Origin: Monocercomonoides exilis PA203
Lineage: Eukaryota; Protista; Preaxostyla
DNA: 64,000 nt
Assembly: GCA_001643675.2 (NCBI GenBank)
Contig: LSRY02000019.1
Location: 558,001-622,000 of the forward strand
Direction: 5' to 3'
The position numbers and the translations under genes are program-made. Of the stretch, positions 14,315 to 24,400 are shown piece by piece (positions within the stretch are counted from its first letter, which is position 1; each line of letters opens with the position of its first letter). The notes beneath the pieces are model-generated. The model ran no database searches. It saw nothing but the letters and a program-made list of their open reading frames with translations, and was not told the origin of the DNA.

Positions 14315-14726
14315 TCTTTTGAACATTTCACAAGTTACACACTTCATTTGAATGAGAAAATTGCATTGGATATTCACACCAGCATTTTTCCAGAAAGGAG
14401 AAAAATTATTTCATTTACATTGAAGAATTGTGAAGTGTATAAAAGAAAGCCAAATAATGCAGAGGAGGAGAAGCTGCATTGTGAAATGCGCTTTGAGCTT
14501 GCTTGCCAAATGATGAGCAGTGTTCAAAGCGAGGAAAAAATAAAAAAATAAAAAAATTTGCATTCAATTATTTATTTCCATCTGTTGAATTCTAAATGTA
14601 TAATTTCCCTTAAACAGAAAGAAAGAAACAAACAAACAAATCAGAGCAACCAACAAGAACTCCAAAAATCAAAAAACAAAATACAAAAAAACAAACAAAC
14701 AAAAAAAAATGACCATTCACATAAGC

Positions 14727-17700
14727 TTAACCACTTCCTTCAATAGACTTTGGCTGTGGGAATATGGGTACCACGCTAATTTGCTCTGTATCATGGCATG
14801 CATTCAGGAGAAGCACGTGTCTTCGTGTGGAGAAGCAGACGAGAAAACGAGTAGACAATGGAATATTCTCATCAGCCAGATCAGTGTTGTCAGAGGAATG
14901 TTTAGAGCCACTTCGAGATGTTGTTGTATAAGCAGTGTTCCTCAGCCCATTTTTTTGCTTTTCTCTTTCTCTTATGTTCACAAGCTCTTGAAGCTCCTCT
15001 TTCGTCCGGATGCGCCTCATTCGGAACAGTCGGCAGAACGGAAGCAAAGCATTGCATACATCTTGCTCTGTTACTATTCTCTTCTTCTTCTTCTTCTTCT
15101 CTCCCTCTGTACAGGAATCTATTTCTGCTTCTGCTTCTCCTTCAGCTTTTGCCTCTTTTATTATTGAAGTTTTCTTTTCTTCCTTTTCTTCTTCCTCTTC
15201 TTCAATTTCTTTTTCTTCCTTCTCTTTGTTCTCGTTCACAACCTTCACATCTTTCTTCTTGTACTTCTGTTTCTTTTCTCTTTTATTCTCCTTCTCCTTC
15301 TCCTCCTCATCCTTCTCCTCCTTCCATCTCCCAGCAATCGCCAGTTTTTCATTCACTTTCCTCTTTTCTCCTTTGCTGACTGCATAATAACCAGGCAGAA
15401 TCGTCACAATCGCTGCTTTCTTCGGCTCGTTCAGCAGCTGTTCAATAGACACATCGTCTGGAAGCAGAACGGGCATCCACATGAACGACAAGAGCACACG
15501 GGGAATGTGCGGATCACCTGCAGGGACAACAGGGTCTGTGAAGTTGGTGAGCTTGGCGGCAACACAGGAGGGCTTTGAAGAGAAGGAGGAGGAATAATAT
15601 GAGCCATATGGTGATGAAGCGCGGGAGAAGGAAGAGAAAACAGGAGGAGAAAAAGAAGAAGAGGAGGAAGAGGAGGAAGAAGAAGAAGAGACAATAGCCC
15701 AACCCATAGAATTCTTGTTCTTTTGCTTTTGATTGCTTAATTTGCGAGAAGAAGAAGGAGGAGGGGAAGTAGTAGTAGAAGAAGAAGAAGAAGAAGAAGC
15801 AGAAGCAGAAGCAGAAGCAGAAGAAGAAGCCGACTCTTTCTTCTCAGGCGGCAGAGGTTTAGATGAGATCTTCATTTCTCTTAAGGTTTCCTTTGCATCG
15901 TCTGCATCCAAAGGAGCAGAGCAGCAGAGCCCAAAGTGATAACACACTTCAGCCAGCGCTATGCGGTGGGGTGTGTCCAGAGGAGAAGTGGCGACTGTTG
16001 AAGTGTTCAAAGCACGCCAGACACAGGGAGGTGGAGTTGATGGTGTATCGTCAGTGGGGTTGGGGGAAGAGGAAAGGGAAGAGGAAGAGGAAGAGGAAGA
16101 GGAAGAGGAAGAGGAAGAGGAAGAGGAAGAGGAAGAGGAAGAGGAGGAGGAGGAGGAGGAGGAAGAAGAAAAAGAAGAAGAAGAAGAATAGGAAGAAGAG
16201 GAAGAGGAAGAAGAGGAAGAGGAAGAAGCTGAAGTCGGAGGTGCTCTTCCATAAGCATGTGTGTACAGTTTGTTTAGCTCCTCCTTCAATGCATCTGATG
16301 AATGGCCAATGAGATTAGGTAAAGGAAAAGTAGACATAAAATAGCGAGAATGTGGCAGCTTTCTCTCAGAAGGCGATGTTTCCTTTGATGCAGCCACTGA
16401 CAAACTGTCATGTTCGCCAAGCTCATTGCTATCATCATCAGAAATGGCAGCAAAGGAAGAAGAAGACGACGAAGAAGACAAAGAATAGGATGATGATAAT
16501 GATGATGACTCTTTTCTCCACGATCGACTTCCATTTTGCTTCTTGTTTGATTTCTCCGTTCGTTCTGCAACGCGCACCAGCAGTGCACAGACACACTCAG
16601 CATACACCACAAAGCAGATGTCACTGCGAGCCACAAGCATTGCCGTTTTTGTGTATGTGCTTTCGACCTCAGCAACAGGAGGCTGGCTGAAAGGGGTGCT
16701 GCTCAGCTCCTCCATCGCTGCCTCATCAACTGCACTGGACACGACAGGGTGGGGAATGTGAAAGGGCGCTCGTGAATTGGAGAAGGATGAGGAGGAGGAG
16801 GAGGTGGTGGTGGCTGAGCCAGACGCATGGGCAAAGGAATTGCAGGAGATAGAAGAGGAAGATGAAGAAGAGGATGAACGTTTGAAAGGTGGGGGAGAAA
16901 TTGAGGATATTGGCCTAGATGAAACAGAAGACGAAGACGAAGAAGGAGGAGGCGATAAAGAAGTAGACGCAAATGTTCTGCTTCTTGTGTTTGCGCTGTC
17001 CATTCTTGTCTTCCGCTTCTGCTCCAACTTCCTGTTTGTGTCAACCATCTTCTGCAGCTGCGAAGGGAGGATGCTGCAGTACTTGTGCTCCGCCAGCGCC
17101 TCGCTCAGCCTCCGCTGCAGAATGCGGCATTCGTCATTGCACTTCAGCTCCCGCCAGCGCAGAAACCTTCTCAAATGAAATCCCTTGTTCAAACACTCCT
17201 TCACTTCTTCCAGGTTTCCGCATTCACAGTGCAGAACCACGGGCTGCTCGCAGGACTTCACATCGAGACAAGGAAAAGGCGCGTGGCAGCTGTGCTGGCA
17301 GAGATGGCCACAGAAAGGGAGGGGCTGCAGACATGGCTGGTGGCACGGGCGGATGGGTGGGCCAGTTGGGGAGGAAGGGGAAGAAGAAGAAGAAGAAGAA
17401 GAAGAAGATGATGATGATGATGATGATGCATGCTCAGAAATAAGCTCTCCTTTTTGTTTGGCTTTCTCTCTCTTTCTCTTTTCCTTGTAATACGTCCACT
17501 TGATGCGGTGTACCTCTCCTTCGCTTTCTTCTCCAGTGAGCATGTCAATATATCCCTGATCGCTTCCTTCTTCATCCTCAGCGAATTTCGCATCATCGTA
17601 ATCATCATCTTCATCATCATCATCTTCTTCTTCTTCATCGCCTTTATTGTTTCTACCGCTTTTGTAGTAATTATTCTCTCTTTCTTCCTCATCTTCCTTA

Positions 17701-20507
17701 TAATCATCATCGTCTTCATCATCTTCTTCTATCTCTTCCTCATCCTCATCTGAATCCATTCCTTCCATCAAGTCTCTCGCAAGCCGGGCGCCTCTCGTCT
17801 TCCTCTCATATTTCTGGTTCTTTACACAAACTCTTCCTCTACTCTGCTCATTCACCCTTCCACTTCCACTTCCACTTCCATTGCCTTTGCCTTTGCCTTC
17901 TGCTTTTCTGCCACTCGGTCCGCTCTTCAACCAAAGTGACATTAGTTTGCCTTCTCTTCCTCTGTCTTCTCTGTATCCCTCCTTCTCCAGCCTCGTCCTC
18001 GTGAACCTCATGCCAAACACATCTGCGTCTGCCTCCTCCTCTTCTCCTTCTCCTTCTTCTCCTTCTCCTTCCATACACCCCCCCTTGTGGCACAAGCGTT
18101 GGCAGTGATGGATCCCACAGGGCAGAAGCTTCCCGCAGACCTCGTCGCAGAACGCCTCTTCCCCACACAGCACGCCACGTACCACTTTGTGCCCTCCCGC
18201 ACACATCCTGTCCACACGCACGCGACACGGCGGACATTCTGGCTCGCCCACAGGGTCGTGGCAGAGATGATCCGGTGGGTGGCCACATGGCCTGGGGATG
18301 GAGCATTGGTGCGGGCACTTCGGAAGAGGATCACCACAGCGGATGGGCGGAGCTTTGCGTGTCCTTCCGCAGGGGCACACGTACTCCTCCTCGGAGATGA
18401 AGTTGCAGCGGTTCGGACAAGGCCCCGTGTGGCAGGGGTAAGGGCAGGTGTGCCTCTTGCAAGGCAGCAGCTTGCCACAGGGGAGCAGACACTCGTGTGT
18501 CATGCTCATGGCGCCGTCGCCGTCGACGCTGAAGCGGCCGTTCAGCCCCAGCGTAAAGGAGGAGTCTGGGCAGCAGGGGATGTTGCAGTAGTGTTTGCCG
18601 CAGCTCTTCTGCGCTCGGCAGAGGCGGGTGCAACGGAAGACGGCGGGAAGCGCTGTGATGTCGAGCGAGTCGAGGACAGACTGAACTTCAGACTGGAGAT
18701 TGGGAACGAGGTAGTTGAACATCGGGCGCGGGTGAGAGGAGGACTGGGCATATGATGGCACAGAAGAAGATGATGGAAGTGAGGAAGTAGAAGAAGAAGA
18801 AGATGATGATGATGAAGACGATGAAGTGCAATCTGACTCTTCGGGCAGGATAGGAGGGAAGCACTCGTCGATGGTGAGCAGCTTCTCGTTCATCAAGTTC
18901 ATGATGAGCTCAGTAACAGTGGCCTCCTCCATCATCCCTCTGTAGAAGTCTGGGATGCGCACGTTGTTCTCCTCGCAGTCGCGCACAATCTCCTGCTGCC
19001 GTGCCGCCAGGTCGCAGCAGCGCATCACCCGCACTTCGCGCCGGCAGCGGCACGTGACAGCAATAATCTCTGTGCATGGTCCACAGCGGTAGAACGGGTG
19101 GGAAGCAGATATAAGGGGCATGCTGTTCTCAGAGAAACCTGTTGAGACTGTCGGGCCAAACAGAAGCGGGTTGGCAGATGGTGCGTAGTCCACAGCGCCG
19201 ATCGTGGGGTCGATGGTCTGGTGGCACAGGCGGTGGCACTTGTGGCCGCAGACAGGCACAGCGCGGGGGCAGCTCTGCCCGCAGGACAAAAAGGGGTCGA
19301 GACACGACTCTCTCTTCTTCTGTGCAGGCACTGCTTTCAAAGCAGGGATGGTGTCGCTCTGTGCCAGAATCTCCTCTTCAGTCATTTTCCCGCAGCCGCA
19401 TGTCGGGTGCTCCGAGGGATGAAGAGGACAGATGATGCATGGGTTAGGATGGCACATGGACTGGCAAAGATGGCGGCCACATCGCAGAACACGTCCGCAC
19501 GTGTTTCTGCAGCTGAAAATCCCTTCAGAATAGGCAGTTTGCGATGAAGTGGAAGAGCAGGGTGATGAAGATGGTGATGAAGAGGAGGAAGAAGCGCTTA
19601 AAGAAAAAGGAGCTGAAGAAGATGAAGATGAGTGCATATGCGACTCTATCGTTCCACATGGGAAATTTGATTTTGACACTTTTCCGCAATAACAATGTGC
19701 AGTTTCTTTAACGGAACATTCACCGCAAGATCCGCTATGGCATACGCGCTGGCAAAAATGTCTTCCACACGGCAATTTGCGGCCACATATTTTCCCACAT
19801 GAATAACCGTATTCATCAGTTCCGCATGGACGCTGCTCGTTTGTTTTACCGCAAAAGCACAGACGAGCCGGTCCCATTTCCGAGCATGGTGGGCATCGTC
19901 CGGGATGGCAAAGGGCTTTGCACGTGTGAGGACAAGGAGGAACAAGAGGTGGAGGTGACGAAGAAGGAGGAGGAGATGATAAAGAAGGTGGTGAAGACGT
20001 TGATGGTGGTGGGCTCGCTGAAGAATGTCTTGCATATCGTTGAGAAAGAGGTTTCCCACAAACTTTTCCACATGAATGTGGGATTAAAGTATTGGAAATT
20101 GGTGGATTTTCTGTTTTTCCGCAAAAGCACAGATATGGAAGCTGTTTCTCTGTATCGTATGTGTGAGGGCTATTGCAAAATGGACATCTAAAGAAGCCCA
20201 ATTTTGCGTTTGATGAATCTGAACCAGAAGTATGTGAGTAAAGTTCGTCAAAAGACAATAATCCGCCTTCCTCTGCTGAATTTGAAGGCATAGACCCTCG
20301 TTCTAATGCTTCTGCAGCTCGCTTTTTCTGCAATTTTTGTTCTGTAAGGATCCAATCATGTATGCAGGACAGATGATACATACGAAAGCAAACATGACAA
20401 TTCCAAATTTCATCGCTTTTGCAAATAAAACCAAAACAAATAGCACATTCATAAGTTTCTTCTTTAAGCTGCTTTTCAAGTTGAGTATCGTCATTTTTAA
20501 TTTCCAT
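14727..20507 (-). CDS. NFX1: NF-X1-type zinc finger protein (RING plus many NF-X1 repeats) with large low-complexity insertions
   Basis: N-terminal CAIC..WNCHVCFRMYHLSCIHDW..FRCPFC RING; repeated CGxHxCxxxCHxGxC units; degenerate R3H-like segment. Confidence 0.88.
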   Translation of the reverse strand: MEIKNDDTQLEKQLKEETYECAICFGFICKSDEIWNCHVCFRMYHLSCIHDWILTEQKLQKKRAAEALERGSMPSNSAEEGGLLSFDELYSHTSGSDSSNAKLGFFRCPFCNSPHTYDTEKQLPYLCFCGKTENPPISNTLIPHSCGKVCGKPLSQRYARHSSASPPPSTSSPPSLSSPPPSSSPPPLVPPCPHTCKALCHPGRCPPCSEMGPARLCFCGKTNEQRPCGTDEYGYSCGKICGRKLPCGRHFCQRVCHSGSCGECSVKETAHCYCGKVSKSNFPCGTIESHMHSSSSSSAPFSLSASSSSSSPSSSPCSSTSSQTAYSEGIFSCRNTCGRVLRCGRHLCQSMCHPNPCIICPLHPSEHPTCGCGKMTEEEILAQSDTIPALKAVPAQKKRESCLDPFLSCGQSCPRAVPVCGHKCHRLCHQTIDPTIGAVDYAPSANPLLFGPTVSTGFSENSMPLISASHPFYRCGPCTEIIAVTCRCRREVRVMRCCDLAARQQEIVRDCEENNVRIPDFYRGMMEEATVTELIMNLMNEKLLTIDECFPPILPEESDCTSSSSSSSSSSSSTSSLPSSSSVPSYAQSSSHPRPMFNYLVPNLQSEVQSVLDSLDITALPAVFRCTRLCRAQKSCGKHYCNIPCCPDSSFTLGLNGRFSVDGDGAMSMTHECLLPCGKLLPCKRHTCPYPCHTGPCPNRCNFISEEEYVCPCGRTRKAPPIRCGDPLPKCPHQCSIPRPCGHPPDHLCHDPVGEPECPPCRVRVDRMCAGGHKVVRGVLCGEEAFCDEVCGKLLPCGIHHCQRLCHKGGCMEGEGEEGEGEEEEADADVFGMRFTRTRLEKEGYREDRGREGKLMSLWLKSGPSGRKAEGKGKGNGSGSGSGRVNEQSRGRVCVKNQKYERKTRGARLARDLMEGMDSDEDEEEIEEDDEDDDDYKEDEEERENNYYKSGRNNKGDEEEEDDDDEDDDYDDAKFAEDEEGSDQGYIDMLTGEESEGEVHRIKWTYYKEKRKREKAKQKGELISEHASSSSSSSSSSSSSSSSPSSPTGPPIRPCHQPCLQPLPFCGHLCQHSCHAPFPCLDVKSCEQPVVLHCECGNLEEVKECLNKGFHLRRFLRWRELKCNDECRILQRRLSEALAEHKYCSILPSQLQKMVDTNRKLEQKRKTRMDSANTRSRTFASTSLSPPPSSSSSSVSSRPISSISPPPFKRSSSSSSSSSISCNSFAHASGSATTTSSSSSSFSNSRAPFHIPHPVVSSAVDEAAMEELSSTPFSQPPVAEVESTYTKTAMLVARSDICFVVYAECVCALLVRVAERTEKSNKKQNGSRSWRKESSSLSSSYSLSSSSSSSSFAAISDDDSNELGEHDSLSVAASKETSPSERKLPHSRYFMSTFPLPNLIGHSSDALKEELNKLYTHAYGRAPPTSASSSSSSSSSSSSYSSSSSFSSSSSSSSSSSSSSSSSSSSSSSSSSSSSSSLSSSPNPTDDTPSTPPPCVWRALNTSTVATSPLDTPHRIALAEVCYHFGLCCSAPLDADDAKETLREMKISSKPLPPEKKESASSSASASASASSSSSSSTTTSPPPSSSRKLSNQKQKNKNSMGWAIVSSSSSSSSSSSSFSPPVFSSFSRASSPYGSYYSSSFSSKPSCVAAKLTNFTDPVVPAGDPHIPRVLLSFMWMPVLLPDDVSIEQLLNEPKKAAIVTILPGYYAVSKGEKRKVNEKLAIAGRWKEEKDEEEKEKENKREKKQKYKKKDVKVVNENKEKEEKEIEEEEEEKEEKKTSIIKEAKAEGEAEAEIDSCTEGEKKKKKKRIVTEQDVCNALLPFCRLFRMRRIRTKEELQELVNIREREKQKNGLRNTAYTTTSRSGSKHSSDNTDLADENIPLSTRFLVCFSTRRHVLLLNACHDTEQISVVPIFPQPKSIEGSG
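16066..16230. repeat. GAR trinucleotide tract encoding poly-Ser in NF-X1
   Basis: (GAGGAA)n/(GAG)n/(GAA)n on +, read as TCT/TCC on the coding strand. Confidence 0.9.
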
Positions 20508-21403
20508 TTAGGTAACGCCAACAAAAATAATATCACTTAAGTTGAAACATCTTATGGTAAGGATCCTTCAATTATCATTTGTGAAGTTGACTTCATTTGT
20601 CCACAATATTTTTTCAAAAAAATAAACAGATAAACTTAAGCAAATTTTGTCCAAAAAATTCTTCGAGAATGAAACCAACAATGAACAAATATTGATAGAT
20701 TAATGGAAAAGGAAAAATCAAACAACAAAAATGAAAGCTCAACCTCTGTTGGGATGTCCACACAATCAACTGAAGACAAACAAGATGTCATGAAACAAAA
20801 TAATCTATAAAAAAAGACGTACGAAATGAATGAATGAGCTTTAATGAAAGCCAACGAAATACGAAACGAAATTTTTCTATTGATAAAAAGAAAGAGTAAA
20901 AATTTTATAAAAAACAAAAAAATTTCAATATAGAAATCTGAAAATGTTGAAGAAAAGAGGATATAATTAATAAGGTCTTCTGCATATAACCATTATTTAA
21001 AGGGGAGCAATACTGAATAAAAATAAATAATCTCATTGAAAATACATTTGCTCCTAATAAAAATTTGGATTTACATGAAATAAAAAAAATGAAAGTGAAA
21101 TAAAAAGACAAAAATCACATAGACATTTGACTTTCAAACTAAAAATTGCTTTAACACAACATAGATAAATTAAAGCTGTGAAACATAATGCGAACAGAAA
21201 TAATGACGGTTTTTCTATTTCAAAAAGGAATAAAGGAAAAGAAAAGAAAAGAAAAGAAAAATAAAACAAAAATTGTAAGATGTTTAAAAATGAAACTACA
21301 ATGCTTTAACTAATAGTTCGTTAATGCTGACAAAATTATAATGTGCATTTGTTTTATTATTCATTGCGGAGTCCAAAGAAATCCCATATGCTTCAATAAG
21401 TCA

Positions 21404-24400
21404 CTATTCTAAAAGCGGGGCTGAAAGAGAAGAAGTGGACGAAGTAGAAGAATACGAAGAGACAAAGCAGATATCAGAAGTGTTGCGAGACAGATTATTT
21501 ACTGAAAGATGCGCATCGCTCGAATCATCTGTCACTTTACTTGACTTCTCATCTGTCTCTGAGCTGATCGAGTTGATGCTTTCATCACTAGAATCGTCAG
21601 AAGTGTCATCTGTTGAAGTACTTTCGGACGAATCTACACTTTCTGAGTCAACATCTGATGAAGAATGATCCGAAAGCGCAACTTTCGTGCCCAATTTACT
21701 GCCCTTGTTGTTATTGTTGTTATTGTTATTGCTATTGCTGTCATCCAAGTCAAAGAGAGCATATCCCTTTTCCAGCGAAGACGCCTTTGAATGAAAAGGA
21801 GAGGATGGCACACGTGATCCTCTGGGTGATGATAAAGAGCCTCCAGAAGATGGAGAAACAGTCGACTGAAAAGCAGAGCTCAGTCTGTTAACTTTTGATG
21901 GATTCGCCGGAGTCGGCTGCCCGTGGGGCGAAACAGATGAGCTGCCTGTTGCTGCGACAAACGGAAGCAAAAGCGGAGACAATTTTGAAGCAAAGGGATT
22001 CGAATTGCCTTTTTGAGAGACAAAGTATTCATCTGCTTCTTCAATAAACAGCACAGCTGGAGAAATGATATCATCAGCACGCACATTCTCCAGCCGCTCG
22101 TCGTCAGGGTCCATATATCGAGGATCTTCTGCATGCATAAGCTTTCGCTCTCTGTCCTCATCTGCCAGCTGCTGCAGCTTCCGCCTCTCTTCTTCTTCTT
22201 GCTTCTCTTTCTCCTTCTTCCTCTTGTGGTAATAACAACAGCAGCAGATGATAATCATGATAATCACAAAAATGAGCAGCAGCAGAAGCAGCCAGCACCA
22301 GCAGCAGCACTTCTCCTTCTCTGGCACATACACTGGAACACGCTCAATGGGAAACGAGGCTGTCAGCTGCTTGTTCTTATCATCCATCCAGTACACCACC
22401 ACAACATGCACAATGTCTGTTTCGACTGAATCAAACAGAGATTCACTGAAGACAGCTGTTGCATAAGTTTCATTGGGATTCGAAGTAAATGGAAGTTCAT
22501 CCAGAAAAGAGACAGATTTTGTATTTGGATCAATGTAAATCACTCCAAATGAGGTGTTGCACGGAAGAAGCAGAGTGCCCTGGATAGTCACAGTGATCGA
22601 ATAGTTTGAGTAGTCCTGAACAAACTCAATGTTTGTGACAGTCGGAATGAAAGACTGGGAAGCTCGCTTGGAGAGAAAGCCGATGAGTGTGCATCCTTCG
22701 TTTGCCATCCACATCGACGGGCTATCTGAAGTGCCGTCCCCGCTGCTGATCCGCTCAATCTCCACAGTCGCTGCGTCTTTGCAGATGATGTTGTGCCGCA
22801 CAGATGGGAAATTGGGGCTTTGCGGAGAGTTGTTAATGAATTGTGCTTCGGTCATCGTCAAACTGCCTCCTTTCACAAGTAGTCCTCCGTGTGATGAATT
22901 GGCAAAGGAGACATTAGAGGCAACGGTTGAGGATTGGTCCAGCGTCAGAATAGACCCACTCCAGAAACAGAGTTCATCAGTGATCATTTCACTCATAAAA
23001 GAACTCATGGAAGAATGAGCGGAGGTTGGCAAATATTGGAGATGAGAAGAAAATGACGCAAAACATGAAGAAAGCTCGGAATCTCCAGAAAATACACAAT
23101 CAGACAAAGAAACGTCGCAGTTTGTCAAAGAAATGCCCGTTGTTGTTTGAGCTACAATCTGATTTACAGGTAAAAGAAGAGTAACATTATTCATAGTAAC
23201 ATCACTGTTAGCTATCTCCCCAACAGCAGCTATAGGTGAAGACGAAGTACAACCAAGAAATTGGAGGTCTTTCAATTCCACTTTAAAAGGCTGAGATACA
23301 AGAGAATTTGCATTGCTTATGCTTTTGCCACTCATAAAAGAGGCTTCAGATGAGGCAATTTGAACAGATATAACAGAAGGCTGAGATGAAGTACAGATAA
23401 GCTGAGAGAAAGTTGAGTCCGTAATTTTGACGTGGGCATCTGGTTTTGATTCATCGCTGCTTAAAAGAGAGAAGTTGGATGTTTTTGTATGTGCATGAGA
23501 TGCTTTGTTGGCCTGACTGAAAGCGGAAATAGTCGATTGGTATAAGAAAAGCGGTGCTAATGAAGCTATTTTTTCAGCATTTACGTTGTTTATTTGAAGA
23601 AAGCCATTCTTCATCATTACAAGAGGCGAAGAAAAAGGTTCAGTTGTATCTGTTGTTGAAATGTGATTCTCGTCTGCTTGAATGCGGAGATCAGATAAGG
23701 AGATCATAGCAACGCTCACTGTTGGAGAAGGAGCATCACAGATTATCAAAGACAGACCTCGCGAAAATGGAGTGGCTGATATTCGTGTTACAGCCATCGA
23801 TGAAAGCTTTAGTGTTCCATTGCCTACAAAAAAGAAGGAATCAGTATCTGCCACAGGAGAAGGAGAAGAAGCAGTGTAGAACACATGAAGATTAACCTTT
23901 TCGCGCGTCATTCCAATGATAGACAGGATTTTGTGGTTCACGTTGATTTTGTCTGTTTCAATGTTAAAAACACCATTTTGAAGATAGAGGAAAGCAGGAA
24001 TGATGTCGGATGTAACATCAACACTATACTTGATTGTTCGGCAAGGCACTGAGCCAACTACCCATGAGCCACAAGCAACAGAAGAATCTGACCCAGTGAT
24101 AACATTTATGCGACGCTCAGGCACAGCATACGGCAGCCAGTCATCGCGATTCCTGTTGTATCCATCGTTCGACACAAACCGTTTTTCAAAGCTCGTCGAG
24201 TAGCACTCTGATAGTGGATTGTTTGTCACTTTTTGATCGAGATCTTCCAAGTACATATCGTTTCCATTGTCATCAAGTGCGGTATTGTTGTGGAAGTTAC
24301 ATGAGAAGAAAAGAGGCTTTGACGAGTTTGCTGGGAATGTCTCATGTAACATGAAAAAGCAGCCACCGCCTTTCCCAGAAACTGACACGCAATCTTGTGT

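Noticed and set aside
14489-14535. SECIS element or box C/D snoRNA
   Set aside because: No proper ATGA/GA quartet at the stem base, no in-frame TGA in the upstream gene, no box D.
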